Positions 13,816-27,780 are shown, counted from the first letter of the stretch. The stretch is DNA of 64,000 bases from Octopus vulgaris (GCA_951406725.2 OX597817.1:100068001-100132000), one strand, 5' to 3'. Translations and numbers: made by a program. The notes: generated from the sequence alone by a model not told the origin.

Positions 13816-14275
13816 TTTAACGGACCTGAACAATGCCATTGTTTTCAAATATAAGCTGACCAATTAAGTTGTAGGATTAACTTTGGCCTCACCCTACTCA
13901 CCATAGGGGTATTAGGATGAGTTTTTGTTAATAAATAATAACAGTACGCTTAAATTTTACCCAAATTATTTCTTCATTAATATAGTTATGTTCACATTAA
14001 GTTAATCTTGTTAATTCTATATCTTATTACATAGCCGTTAGCTTCTAACTTTTGACACCTGTGATATGGACCACCCATTAACCCCACTCAACTCCGTTTT
14101 ACCCTTGCTGTAATCCCCCAGTAAATTGAAATAAGATGTAATTCTCTTAACCTATGGAGATTACTTCTAGAAGTGACTTTTTTACTATAAGATGTAATCT
14201 CAACCTATGTATATTTTTTACTATTCCCTTACATTTTATTTTATTTCCTCACATGTTAGATTCTTACCATTATGG

Positions 14276-14420
14276 ACTCTATGAAGAAGCTTTGGGGCTC
14301 AATTATTGTCCAACCCCTGTCCAATTTTTGTTCAACCTTTGTACAATCTCTGTATAATATTGGTATGATGTGTAAACCATGGCAAGTTGGACCCCTTAAA
14401 GTAGAAACAGCTGTAAGAGT
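14276..14420 (+). ncRNA. Hammerhead motif (A3 variant) in the right PLE pseudo-LTR
   Basis: ACTCT ATGAAGA ... GAAAC AGCT GTA AGAGT; stem I ACTCT/AGAGT, palindromic ACAGCTGT stem III, long stem II insert. Confidence 0.6.
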
Positions 14421-14759
14421 ATAATATTATTGACTCATTTATTCGTATTTATGTATTTTTTATTTACTTATTTATACATGTGATTGAATTAATTAATAAA
14501 CAGATTCAAATGAATGTTTTCATTCTGATGTTTGTTGATTTATAATCTTCTCCATTTTCTTCTTTGCCTTATAAATTCTGGGTAAATTTCTGCTTTACCT
14601 GCACTCATACCTATTATTCAATTGCGCTACTGCCCTTCAACAGTATGTATTTTTGATATAAATACATAGGTATACATTCAGTAGTGTATTGGATATTTAT
14701 TATCCCTTAGATGGTTGTTTAACCTCTAACTCATGCAGACGTATATATATATATATATT

Positions 14760-15281
14760 AGAAGTATTGGGAGTGATGTACAAAGTTAATACATATGAAA
14801 GAAAAAGACGTTAAGAATGCTAGATGGTTGTATATAAAAAAATGTATATATTTATTTACATATCACATATTATTTCTTCAAATCACATATTTAAGCGCTT
14901 TCAACTACTACTGTAGTCTCATCAGAAATGTCAGTTTGTAGAGTTTGGCCTGTTTTATATTATTGGTGAATGAAGTGGGGAGAGAGAGATAGAGAAAGTG
15001 TGTGTGTTTATAAAGGGGACTAGAGGGAGGGAGAAAGTGAAAGAGAGAGAAAGAGGAGTGGTAGGGAAATAGAGGGATGGAGAAGGTGAAAGAGAGAGAA
15101 TATGTGTGTGTGTTTTAAAATTGTTTTTTCTCTTTTTTCTTTTTTCTTCCTTTTGGGTCCTTTTGTATTTTTTAGATGACCTTTGTAAGAAATGGAAAGA
15201 GAGAAGGAAAAAGAGGGCTTGTTTTTCAATAGTAGGAGTGTTGCTATGTACACATACACATATATCATTACATATAAATAT

Positions 15282-15327
<46 letters not shown>

Positions 15328-16625
15328 GGAGGAACTTATTGTGTGCCTGTGTTTTCATAAACATTCATACATATACTGTGTGTTCTTGAAAATGAGAAAG
15401 AAAGAGAGGGAAAAAATATATAAAAATAAAGAAAATATTGTGTCCATTTTTTACTTGGTACTCCCTTGGGTTTCTAAAAGAACAGGTGGTTGACCATTCA
15501 ATGTTTGATATACATATACATACATAAACACATATCAATATATATACATACACACACATATATATATATATATATATACATACACATACATATACATATA
15601 TACATGCACATACACACATACGTACATGTACACACACACATGTACATATACATACACATATATACATACATGCATACACATACACATACATGCATACATA
15701 CATATATACGATCACATATACCAATATATATATAAACAAACAAACTTATCTGCACATATACACATGCCCATATGCATATAAGTATGTATAAGCATATACA
15801 TACATACATACATTGCCAGAAGTTTAAGATGTATAATTGTATATATAAAAAAAGAAAAGAGAGAATTCTTTCATTTGTATATAAAGATATAGAAAGAGGT
15901 TTTTTCCTTTTTTGGTGCAAGTGGTGCAGGGTAGCAATTGGTAACTAAGGTAGTATATCCAGGCTGTCAGCAGTCAGTGGCTCGAAATTTGCCAGAAGGG
16001 CAATATCTCTGGTGGCAGCAATAAGATAGATTGTATTTCTAATTGAGAGATACTGCAGTTTGTTGGAGAATATACAGTTTTTGTGGAAGCAGCTGGCAAT
16101 TAGGGGCACTGGGTGAAGCTGATGTGGTTCTGTCAACAATAGTCCACTTGATGCAGGTATTTTGTTTTGGATGTCACAGAATCTCCAGAGAAAAGGAGAC
16201 AGGGAAGTAGAGTTCTCTCTGACCCTGGATCTGAATGAGTGCATGTGCTAGGAGTATCTTCTCTTGAAGTCATTAGCGGTCATACCCATATAGTGCCTAG
16301 TGATACCATCGGATGGTGTAAAAGTGGTTCTGTATACCACAGCCCTTGAGAGGCAGGATCCTTCTAGAGGGAAGGTGGTGTTTCAGAAGTTGCAGCTTGG
16401 GGTTGGGGGTTGTGCAGGTGCATTTTTACATCTGTTGATGCATGCCATATTAGATATGATGTTATCTAAGCAGGAGTAGCTCACCTTGACATTATGGAGG
16501 TTGAAGAGTTTGTAATACTTGTAGCCTCTTGGGAAGTGTTTCTTAACTAACAACAGGAAGCGCCTGGAAACTTCTAGGTGTAAAGAGGGGTTATACCAGA
16601 TAATTTTCCTTTTCCTAATCCTCAT
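14760..16625 (-). mobile_element. Degenerate Penelope-like element (GIY-YIG remnant plus 3' pLTR with hammerhead)
   Basis: RKRKIIWYNP...KHFP...KLFNLHNVKVSYSC; VVYRT...HYMGMTANDFKRRY; HSFR...NSTSLS. Confidence 0.8.
14889..14929 (-). ncRNA. Minimal type-I hammerhead ribozyme with canonical core
   Basis: Minus strand: ATTT CTGATGA GACTAC agta GTAGTT GAAA GCGC TT AAAT; lies downstream of a minus-strand PLE GIY-YIG remnant. Confidence 0.85.
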
Positions 16626-17450
16626 GGGGTGGAGAAAGAAGGTTTAGGAAACGTCTACATATGTATGAAGCATGTGTGTGAACAGCCATGCTACATGGTA
16701 GTGAAACATGGGCCATGACTACTGAGGACATGTGTAAGCTTGCAAGGAATGTAACCAGTATGCTCTGCTGGATGTGTAATGTCAGTGTGCATACATGACA
16801 GAGTGTAAGTGCCCTGAGAGAAAAGTTGGACTTAAGAAGCATCAGATGTGGTGTGCAAGAGAGATGACTGCAATGATATGGTCATGTGTTGCAAATGGAT
16901 GAGGACAGCTGTGTGAAAATGTACCACATCCTAGCAGTAGAGGAAACCTGTGGAAGAGGTAGACCCAGGAAGATCTGGGCCTCACCAAGGCAATGACAAC
17001 TGACTGAGACCTTTGGAGATATGTCATGCTTGAGAAAACCTGGCAAGCCAAGTGAGACCATAAGCATGGCCTATGGCAATGCAGCTTAACCAGCCCATTT
17101 AAGAGTACCCTTCAATTATTGGGCAATAAACTACACTTGCGAAGACCTATTGAGGCAATTGAAATCGCTGCCTTGGCTGATGACAGCACCGCCTGATTGG
17201 CATCCATGCCAGTAGCATGTTAAAAACACCATTTGAGCATGATCATTGCCAGTGCCGTCTAACTGGTTCCTGTGCCAGTGGTACGTAAAAAGCATCATTT
17301 GAGCATGATCAATGCCAGTACTGCCTGACTGGCCTTTGTGCCCGTGGCATGTAAAAAGCATCCACTACACTCTCGGAGTGGTTATCGTTCGGAAGAGAAT
17401 CCAGATGTTGAAACTCCACCAGATCAGATTGGAGCCTGGTGCAGCCTTCT
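16625..17450 (+). mobile_element. RTE-type LINE 3' fragment (end of ORF2 plus 3'UTR repeats)
   Basis: GRGRPRK-like C-terminal motif at about 16950, followed by the same 3'UTR family seen at 1265-1828 and 41700-42147. Confidence 0.6.
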
Positions 17451-17451
17451 G

Positions 17452-17900
17452 GTAATGGAGGAGACAACCTTCATTAATAAAGGGAAGAAGTTTGGCATAG
17501 TGGAGGTGCGGTTCACCACCAAAGAGGAGGCAGTGAAGCACTCCACAACAGTGTTAAGGTCAGCAGACTTAACACTTCTGCCGACCTACATAGGAAGACA
17601 AAATGCAAGCGTAAGGATTGAAAAGATCCCACCAGAAATAAAAGAAGTGTTGGCAGCAGACATTATGGCTGCCACCGAGGAAGAACACAACAGGTGAATT
17701 GGTGGAGATATAGCCTAGAAATCTTGCTCCAAGCCACCCTCCATGACATCGAAGAGTTGCAGTATGAGATTAGCATACTGGAGGAGAATACACTAAAGGT
17801 AGTAGTAGAGGGAAAGAGACCCATCTGCTACCTATGTGGACACAGAGGACACATAAAGATCCACTGCCCTGACTACAAGCCACTCCAAACTGAGAGTCTA
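17452..17900 (+). mobile_element. LINE ORF1/gag-like fragment with a CCHC zinc knuckle
   Basis: RRM-like GIVEVRFTTKEEA and CYLCGHRGHIKIHCP; frameshifted at about 17695. Confidence 0.6.
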
Positions 17901-18246
17901 CTACAGAACTCCAGAGCGTTGCTGAAGAAACAGTGTAGAAAGTACAAGAGCCAGAGGCTGGTAGTATTGATGAAAGTGACTGCATTGTCAAGAGGAAGAG
18001 AAAATATTTAACTCTGCTCTATATGCTTCTGTGCAATGTTTTAGTGCTCTCATATCGAAAATCTTACAATGTTTTACTGCTCTCATATCTAAAATTGGTT
18101 ATCTCCAATTATAATCATTAACGACTAAAAGAAAAACTAACCATTTAAAAACTTCATGAAAATAGTTCAAGGTAGAGTCCACCTTATTTCCAGGAGGCTA
18201 CATAGTCAGAAGGAAATAAGTTTGTCAGTGGATAACTGATTTAAGC

Positions 18247-21045
18247 CAGTGCTTCTCAAACTATCTGATGTGGCGTACCAGCAGGATTTTTTTTTCCAGT
18301 GTGCCAGGGACTGGTAATATTTCTTAGTAATATTAATTTATACTGGAAACAATATATATAATGAATTTAATAAAAGTTGACGATATCTTATATTTATTTT
18401 GTAAACAAATAATACAATGTTACATAAGCATTTTATAATCTTAATCTTTAATGTAAAAGGTAAACCTGCTTCTTCTTTGTCATTTTATCCAATTGTGGTT
18501 CAATTGAAGACAATGCCACACACAATGGAGAATGAATATCCATATTATTTCTGTACTTTGTCTCAATAACACTTGTGGTTGAGAGGCCAGTCTCACAGAG
18601 GTATGTTGAAGGAAATGGAAGAGTTTTCAGAGCAATTTCACTAAGCTAATCCAAAAGGAACCAAGTAATATGGTAATTTTGAAACTCCTCTTCAATCCTT
18701 CCTCCCTAGCCAGCTCCAACAATTTGTCCTCCATAATGACACTTAAGTCATCTTGCAGTGAAATAAATGGATTTCAGATCTAACCATTCTCTTTCCGTGG
18801 ATCTTCTGCTGGAAAGTAAAAACTGAAATCGGGTCTGCCAAATTCGTCAAGTGTTCTCTGATGACATTTCATAGAGATGTAATATTAAGGTCTTCACCTG
18901 CATCAGCGATGATTGTTGCTAATTGATGAAACATGTCATAACAATCTCTTGATATTTGACTCTTCCATGCTTCTAGCTTTTGTTTCTGTTCATCGATTTT
19001 GTCTGCCATTGTAAAACATGAAGCCATCATTCCCTGCATGAAGGTATTGAGATGATTAAAGATGGCAAAGATATCATCCAAATAAGCCAGCTTGGCTAAC
19101 CAATTCACATCTCCAAACAATTGTGACCAATTTGGATTTTTGTCCTGAAGAAACTTGGCAAGCTTGTTTCATAGCTCAAGCACTCTTGACAAGACTTTCC
19201 CCCTCGATAACCAACACACATCATCATGTTATAGGAGCTGTTTATGATTAGCTCCCATATTATCACATAATGCAGCAAATAGTCTACTGTTTACAACCTC
19301 TCTGAACACACTGCTTAATTCTATTTTCATTTTTTTTGTTGCAAGACTTTCTCAGTGAAGGAAGCAGTGCATCAACTTGTATTCTGGGGCAAGCGCCTTA
19401 ATCTGGGTAACCACTCCTGAATGTCGTCCTGTCGTTGTGGCAAAGCCATCAGAACATACATCTACACAAAACTTGAAATCCAACCCACATTTGTTAATGA
19501 TGTAGTTGTTCACACTCTTGAACGCTTCAGAACTAGTTGTTTTTGTTGGCAATGAAGCAGAGAAAAAGAAACTCTTCCTTCAAATCCCTTTCATATTCAA
19601 AGTGCACATACATCATCAGAATCACCTGATTTAGCAAAGTTTGTGCATTCATCAAGTTGCAAAGAAAAGTACTTTGCTAATTCAATCTGTCCTATGAGCT
19701 GATTTTCCATATCATGAACCAGATTGTGAATTCATCAAGCTCTAGTGTCATTTGAAAGTGGCACTTGAGCCACTTTCTTTGCCGCTGGCTCGCCTAGCAT
19801 TTCCATGCAGACAGCTTGAATACATCCTATCACCAATTGTGTATGGCTTTTTAGCCTTAGCATTTCAAAGTGCTACCTTATAAGAAGCCTGCAATGCACA
19901 AGTATTTATGTGTGACACTTCAAAGATCTGTTTCTGACGGCCTTTTAAATCAACATGCTTTCTTTCAAAGAACTCTTTTAGCTTTGAACTCTTTATGTTT
20001 TGTATTTAAATGTCTCTTGAGATTTGATGGTTTCATTGAGTCATTAGCCAAGACATCTCCACAAATAACACTACGGTTTTTGCATTCCCCCATCATTCGT
20101 GGCTACAAAAGCGAATTGAATGTATGAGAAGTCATATTTCCAAGTGAAGCTAGTACAAACTTTTTTTGTCAGCAATACTTTGGTTTCATTTACATCACTG
20201 TCATCTGATTCAAAATCATGTTCAGCAACTGGATGTCTTGGCTTGATAAATATGTCCATAGGGCCTTGCTTCGCCATCTGTAAATTAAGGATAAAAATAA
20301 TTAATATTGTCGCAAATATTCAAGTGTTTCTATTATTTAATTTTATTTTAAGGTAATTAGTTTTTTCTTTTCTTTTTTCTAATGGAAGAAAATATTTTCT
20401 GTGTGTAACAATTATAATTGAATCTTTCTCTTCATTTCATTGTATTAAAAAGAAAATTATTATTCTGATATAATCTTGAGAAAATGTAACCAATAGGTAA
20501 GGAATTTAGTTAAGATTTTTTGTTCTCATAATTTTAGTTAAAATTTATTATTATACAGGATAAAAATGGGAAAGTTAAGATTATTCATACTTACATTCTT
20601 AGATCAGTGGGTTATGACAGGGCCCCAAATGACAAACGCACATGTATCCATATCTGTTCAACTTCTTGATGGTAACTGCAGGTGACCAGCCTATTTACAA
20701 GGTTGCCAGATATCACCACTCACCATGATCTCTCCACATTGCTAGAAACTTTCTTTCTATAGGTGCAAACACTAATATAATCTTAATATTATACCAGTAA
20801 GCTATGGTAAATAGAAAATATATATTGTCATATCACAAATATACATTTACTAACACAATCTTTACCACGGTCAGTGAGTACCATGCTCCACTACCCAGCT
20901 GGTAAGTTGTTTACTGTAGTGCATAAGGTGAAATTACTGAAATTATGCTACTGTTTCTTTCTTTTTCTGGAAACTCGATGCATACCAGCAGCTGATGGCT
21001 CATGAATCAGCACTGGTCCACAGACCACCACTTTGAGCTGCACTG
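18247..21045 (-). mobile_element. hAT (Buster/Charlie) DNA transposon with a decayed transposase
   Basis: TIRs CAGTGCTTCTCAAAC and CAGTGCAGCTCAAAG; degenerate 8-bp TSD atttaagc/gtttaggc with central TA. Motifs SLQLDECT, CSDG..TGRHSG, HCFLH, WLSRGK, WLAKLAYLDDIF and FPSTYLCE are present with stops and frameshifts. Confidence 0.9.
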
Positions 21046-21142
21046 GTTTAGGCGATAAATTAGAATATTTTTCTATGAATATGTGGTTATATGTATATGA
21101 ATAAAGACTTTTATTATTACTACTTTCCTTTCCTAGGAAATT

Positions 21143-21349
21143 ACTTTCACTTTGCTTTTGCTTGAAGAGCACTTTCACTTTGCTTTTGCTTGAAGAGCAC
21201 TTTCACTTTGCTTTACTTAGAAGATCACTTTCACTTTGCTTTCCCCAGAAGACCACTTTCACTTTGCTTTCCCCAGAAGACCACTTTCACTTTGCTTTCC
21301 TCAGAAGACCACTTTCACTTTGCTTTCCCCAGAAGACCACTTTTACTTT
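21143..21349 (+). repeat. 28-bp minisatellite, 7 copies plus a partial (actttcactttgctttccccagaagacc)
   Basis: Units read directly from the sequence. Confidence 0.9.
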
Positions 21350-21499
21350 TTCTTTGAGAAAAATCAGTTTTATTTTCCCCATTTCACTCTCCATGAAAGA
21401 GATGAGCTCTTATAAAGTAATTTATTCTGAAATGTCATTGCATTTATATGCTAACAAAGAGATGGTTAATGTTTCTACTGGTGTTGTTGGTGAAAAGTA

Positions 21500-22350
21500 T
21501 ATGGTGTAAAACAAACACTTAGATGTCATTGAAGACACCCCAGCCATAGAAATCCTTCACAAATACCACCATCCAGATGACAAAGCAATACCTCAACTGA
21601 AGGAAGCCATATATGAAGATGTAACAAAACCAATCAAATGATTATTTGATGCAATAGCTCAGGGGAGGCATCAAGATGAGCGTGATAGAGAGCAGCTCCC
21701 AGAGTTCCATAGTGTGTGCACATTAATTCAAAGATCCAGGAATGTGTTTGTCTCACTAGTACCTTGAATATGTGTCATTCTGGAAAAAGGGACATAGTCA
21801 CATGAAAGGCTCCTGTTACATTTGAACAATGACTGGGGTGCCTAGAGTGCATGAATGGTACATTTCAAACATGTCCATTACTTAACAAACAATTCTTTGC
21901 AGGCCAAGACAGGGCTCTCTCATATTTGTCCACTCTCTTGACTGGGGAAACAAGCACTTAGTTATTATGGTCAATTATAACTAGTACTTTTGTGTAGTGG
22001 TGAGCAGTTAATTATCACTACTATGAAAAGTGAGTTGCTGATAGCCAATGTTAATGGCTGTTATTTCCACTTCTGCCTGTCTATACGTTTGCAGGAGTTA
22101 TGGCTGTCTGGAACATACTGGAGATATGAATACCTCTAAAAATCAGGTTTCCATTAGTTATTTACCATTGGTTACTGTATGACAAAACTCCTGTCAATTC
22201 CCAGATTTCCTCATTCAACCATATCCAGAGTTGCCAGGCTTTATTCTGCATAGTTACAAAAACAACTTTAATGACATCTGTCAGCTGCTGATGTGGAAAA
22301 TGCATAACAGAAATGCCAAAACTGGCACAATCAGCTGTGGGGAATGTGAG
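21500..22350 (+). mobile_element. Highly decayed Mutator-like (MULE) transposase remnant
   Basis: GTFQTCP at about 21857 and VNGCYFHFC at 22050-22076 are MULE DDE signature motifs; no open ORF. Confidence 0.55.
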
Positions 22351-24659
22351 ATCAGGGCATTATTCTTGATGTATGTTAGTCACCCTCAATGATATTGAAT
22401 AATATCACTTTCATCAGTCCAGCCATGGGGCATTAGTTATTTTCATAATTTTTTTGTAGCTTTTCATTCAGGATAGAACATTAGGTTGTGGTATAAGAAT
22501 GTTTTTAGTGATGGTTGACCAAACCTCACAGTCTAGTTCTCTGAACCTCAGGTTAGAAAACCTGGGATTCTAAGCCAACACTGATGAGAGAGGAGATTCA
22601 CTTAGCCCTCATAAATGAAAGAAAAGATACCTGAAATCAGATTTGATGCCTTAAGAGACATTATAAGTCAGGAGATAGAACCCTGGCTAAATAACCCATT
22701 TCCAGTAATTGTGTCTAACAGAGAATTCTGTAGGGTGCAAATACTGTTAAAATATGTACTATCATTGAATCTTCCTGATTTTCTATTAAACCTTCTGAAT
22801 ACTGGGTTTCCAAACTAATGGCCTTCTGATAGTTAGCAGCCCACTCAGGCTGGGGAACCTTTTTAATATCAGATGAATTGCTTATATTAAATTACTGATG
22901 TGGGCTGAGATCTTAAACATATTTTTTAATTTAGACTTTTTTGAGACTTTGTCAGCAGGTGGTTCCAAATTTGAATATGTCCATAATAGTTTCTCACCCC
23001 TGCTATAACCTAATGTCTTATTTTATTATTCTATTACTACTACAATGTAAGGGCTACTAGGTTCATGATCATAAAGTTGTGGATTCGATTACTATACTAG
23101 ACAACATATTATGTACTTAACCAAGGCTCTTCATTTCATGCTGATGCTGTCTTCTCAGTTGATCTAAGTATTAGCCAAGAGATGGTGCTGCCTTTTCTCT
23201 GTCTAAAGCTGTTACATCCCAAATAGTCTGCTGGATTAGAGGTGAGAGGGTCAATAGGGTGTATCGTGACTACATAGGCACCTAAAACTATTGGTGAAAG
23301 TATGTGCATACAACCAATTTATATTCTTGGGAGTGATGGCTGTAGTGTTACAATGTATGCAACTGTTCAGAACTTATTGTTTTGCTCTTAACTTCACTGA
23401 AGCTGATTATAACACTTTTATTGAGTTATTACTAATACTATTTTCTCCCCATTTCAAAGTCTATCATCTTTCCTTTCGATAAGTTTATGCAATCTAATAA
23501 TTCTCCACTACACACTACTTAACCTCCTTATCATGCACAATTTAGTCCTCTTCGTGTTTAATGTATCTCTGTCAAACTTTAACTAAATCATAAGGTTTGA
23601 AAGGATTACAATTACAAATAGAAAGGGAGAAATTATCGTAAGCTTTGATATTTCTAAAATTAAAAACAAAATACAAATTTTGAAAGCAATCTTTTTCTCA
23701 GATTTATAAGCTGAAAATCTCAAATCTTTATAAAGTTTTCGAAAATAGTTAATAAGAAAACATTTAACAAGTGGAGACAAAATGTCTGTGCATGCGTGTG
23801 TGTTGTCGCGAAAACAAGTCTGTGCATCCGAAACAAAAAATGTATACATTCTGTTCGATTTGTATTGTTATCAAATACTGGTTTCAAATTCCTAGAAAAA
23901 TCATTTAAAATACTCTTCTTGGGGAAAATAGATTTTTAAAAATGTTCTTAGGAAATAATTTAAAAGCACTCTTCCTGGAATAATAATGAAAACTGAACGT
24001 AGATATTCTGTGCTACTGAAGCAAATAAACCAATTGGCAAATTAAAGTGAAAGTGAAAATATATGTCTTCTGAAACATTCATCATTTTCTAAGAATACAA
24101 ACTTTACTGAAATGTACAAGTATTAGTGGAATACTTATCTAATATAACTTAATGACTAGTTACCCGAGGAACTAGTTATCTCTCTGATAGTTAGCTGTCC
24201 TATGAACCTAGATTGCTCTATTTTTTATATATCTAAGTCTGCGTTGCCCTATGTGTCCTTCCTTTTTTAAAGACTGCAAGGGTATAAGGGACGTTTGGTT
24301 GCTTTTCATACAGTCAAGTGATCTCCTGAAAGTTATGCTGTTTTGCACTGAGTCAACCCTGAACCAGCAGACAATGTTTGTTTATATAGTTTCACGTCGA
24401 CCTCCTGCTTTCTACGATAGCTTGACTTTCGTTTTGCCCTATGCTTTTACGCTCGCGTGTATATATACAATTATACATATCAGTATTTACATACATATAT
24501 ACGCATATGTATATGTAAGTAAATATATATATATTACAGTGTGATAAATCCGATAATCGTGATAATAAAGGTAGTGCTTACTCAAGAGTTTGATTAGTAA
24601 TCAAAGGTAATTTATAACGACTAATTTCATTGGTTATTTACGCCAAGGTGCTTTTTTTT

Positions 24660-24840
24660 TTATATATATATCTCGCTTCACCTCCTCCTCCTGCGACCGT
24701 AATGCTTCCTTCCCTCTTTTTAACAATAACCTCTTACTCCGCGTCGCTTCCTTATATAGAAATAGTCGTCACCACCGTCGTCGTCTTTTCACAGCGCATA
24801 TAAAGATCTGCTACAACTTGTGCGGTGATCATTGTGAAAC
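24660..24840 (+). promoter_or_regulatory. Putative NAMPT core promoter, locally CpG-rich, with a TATA-like box (TATAAA 24799-24804)
   Basis: Cluster of CpGs and a TATAAA about 120 bp upstream of the ATG; the TSS is not determined. Confidence 0.45.
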
Positions 24841-24921
24841 AATACATTTCAGACTGTCTTAAATTTTAATAATCACTTATAAATTGTATTTCCTTCCAAA
24901 CATTTCTCAGTATTTCTCACA

Positions 24922-24993
24922 ATGTCATCTGATCAAGATCCTTTCCAATTCACTTCACTTGATAATATTATTTTGCTGACTGATTCGTATAAG
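24922..24993 (+). CDS. NAMPT: Nicotinamide phosphoribosyltransferase exon 1 (MSSDQDPFQFTSLDNIILLTDSYK)
   Basis: ATG at 24922; NxxLxTDSYK signature; phase-0 donor AAG/gtaaat at the same position as vertebrate NAMPT intron 1. Not present in the ORF track. Confidence 0.92.
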
Positions 24994-27780
24994 GTAAATA
25001 TTTACATTTTGTATTTTCAATAGAAAAATAGTATTAGGAATGAAAACGAAAAACCTCAATTAGGCGGCGGGAGGAGGGATACTTTTTGTTTTTCTTCCTT
25101 TAATAATTTTTAACATTACAGTTTTCCTAAAGTTTAAATTAACAATAATTGTAAATATATAGTCTTTAAGTTAATAACTTTGTTTTGTACTAATTTGAAT
25201 TTTCAGTTTTAACAAAATCCTTGTTTTCATTCATGTATATTGCATGCAACCGGCACATGTATCATCATCACTATTTATAGGAAAGCGTGCATAGCAACAC
25301 TAGTCAACTTGATGCCAACGAAGAATAATAAAACGTTAAAATTAATAATACATTCTGTTTCTATAAAAATTAATCACAGAACCATTACTGTTATGCTAGT
25401 CTCCATTCTGATTTCGTACAATGTATTGGTATTCTTTTTTTTTTAAAATACTCATTTGTAAACTTTCGTTTTAGCGAATGATATCTAATTTTACGATTTT
25501 CCCTTAGGGTTGATGTTCACCTTACTATTAAACAAAACAAAATCTTGCTTAAAACTCATCTCTTTACTTTTGATTTCGGCGACGATTCAGTAAACAACTC
25601 TCTTTACGATTCACTAGTAATTTGCCCCACCCTTTTTATTGCGCAACGTTACACAAGACAATTGTTGTTCAGTCTCGAGTCAACCCTGATCGACCAGACC
25701 TCTGATCATAAGTATTCCAATCATGATCATACGTTTTCAGCTTTATGTAAGACTACATTATGTAAGACGATAGAATCTGGTTTAAGGGAAAATCTTTCAG
25801 ATGCTCTAGTGATGTAGTTTCTCTTGCTTGTTCTGGAGACAATTAAGTTCAGTACCCGAGTCAGAGTTCGTCGAGTTGTGAAGTATTTTTTTTTATATAT
25901 GTTCTACTCTAAGTAAATCTTCCGGCGATTTCCGGGTGTAACGAACCAGTTTTACTTTCTTAAACTTAAGCTGATGCAATTTGGCGGCGACGGAGTATTT
26001 TTATATTGATGCTGTGCTGCGGCCAAATTCGTCATCATAAGGGACATTTTAAAGTTTCATTGTTCTAAATAAAAAGGTGTGAATTGTATCGAATTAGTTA
26101 AGCGTTTTTCTTCAATATGGGCGATCCTTTAGTATAACGCTCCACTTTCACTTCTGTGTAATCACTGCTACTATCATTTTAGACCAGTGGTTCCCAACAA
26201 TTACTTTTACCTTTGGACCCCTTTTGATTTTCCTCGGATGGACCCTCACAGTCATTCAATATTTAAGAAATTCTATTTTTATAACTAAATAATTATCAGG
26301 AACTATTAAAAATAGTTAAAATATTTTGCGTATTGTAGAAGTATATGACCAGCTTATTGCTCATAAATCTTAACAACAAATTCTTATATGAACTCTTATT
26401 GAGAGCCACTAACATTGAACAAGGTATCCAAAACAAAAATAAGCGACGTCGCAGAAGACGCACAAAAAGCAGTTTCACTATATAGAACATAATATTCAAG
26501 GGTCATCCGATTTTGTGTTTAAGATGGAGTATAAGGCACTTATACTCCAGGCTTTCTTGTATTGGCGAATAGTGAAAGTTAATTTCTTTATACAAACCCG
26601 ATTCGAATCTAGTATTTTAAAATAATTATTAAAAACCAATATTAGTGGGTTTTCATTGAGTTTCATATCCTTATTAAAAAACTATCAAACTTTTGTTCCA
26701 TAATACTTAATTTTCGAAAAGTAAATAGTTGTTTCGCCCAGGTCAACCCTGACCTTTAATCAAAGGCATTCCGGCTGTGATCATCTAGTCTTTCTCCAAC
26801 GTGTAGTAAATCCAGGACTACATTATCCAAAGTGTCATTTTCTAAAGACTGATGGATATTTTGCTACGTAGAATTTCCCTCGCTCTATTTGATACGGTGT
26901 AGCAATCATTTTAACGTTACTGTTTCAGTCGAATTAACAAACTATTTTGATTACATTGATAATTAACATTTGCATATCGTTTTAGAATTTTTCCTGGTTG
27001 TAGTTAGGATATGAAACTTAGTGAAATTATGGATTTGAAATATATAAAATCTATCATTTGTAATAAATAACATCATTTTGGAAGGGTAAACACTTTCGTA
27101 AAGACCCGGATATGAAAAAAAGCGCCGAATATAAATTTCGATGTTTCACAAAACACCATTTCAATTTTAGCAAAAATCGTTTTCACCTGATCTGTGAACC
27201 TTCTAGTTTTAGTACTTATTCTTACCGATTTCTTTTTCCCGAACCGCTAAGTTATAGGAACGTAAACAAACAACCGGTTGGCACGCGGATGTGGAGGTCA
27301 ACTAGTAAGGTACACACCTTTTTTTCTTTGCCCTTGTTTGTTTCCTTCGGTTTGGGATTTGTATTTTAATGTGGTTTTGTATTATATATATATATATATA
27401 TATATATATTACTTATATAACACGTATGTATATACATACGTATTATGTAAGTAATAAAAGAAAATTTTCTTTGCTAAAAAAAATGCAATGTATCGGTTTT
27501 CGTGTCGAGAAAGTGAAACTTGGGCAACATCCGTAAAACTTATTTCTTTACTTTATTTTTCAGCTGACTCACAGACCTCTACATACATCATAAATATATA
27601 CAAACACACACAAATGTACATAGATGCACATAAACACATACAAAAATACATAAAATAAGCGATTCGTGAAATATTTATGTATGTATGTGTATGTGTGTTA
27701 CTGTTCAAGTAGCTCGTACAAATGAAAGACGTGTGTTGTGTGTGTGTGTGCGACCATCTTTTTCACTAACCAATTGATTA

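Larger units (their letters stand above)
9663..14740 (+). mobile_element. 5'-truncated Penelope-like retroelement with inverted pseudo-LTRs, interrupted by a Helitron
   Basis: Remnant peptides VWLILPY...KLINKHF (10750-10900) and SIKDKGISYDLHWKNLAEAPVY...CYLCISE (11137-11361) match the PLE linker and GIY-YIG C-terminus. Segment 9663-10557 is the reverse complement of 12322-12524 plus 13816-14550. Confidence 0.8.

Noticed and set aside
21143-21349. CRISPR-like appearance of the 28-bp repeats
   Set aside because: Units are contiguous with no unique spacers, and the context is eukaryotic.
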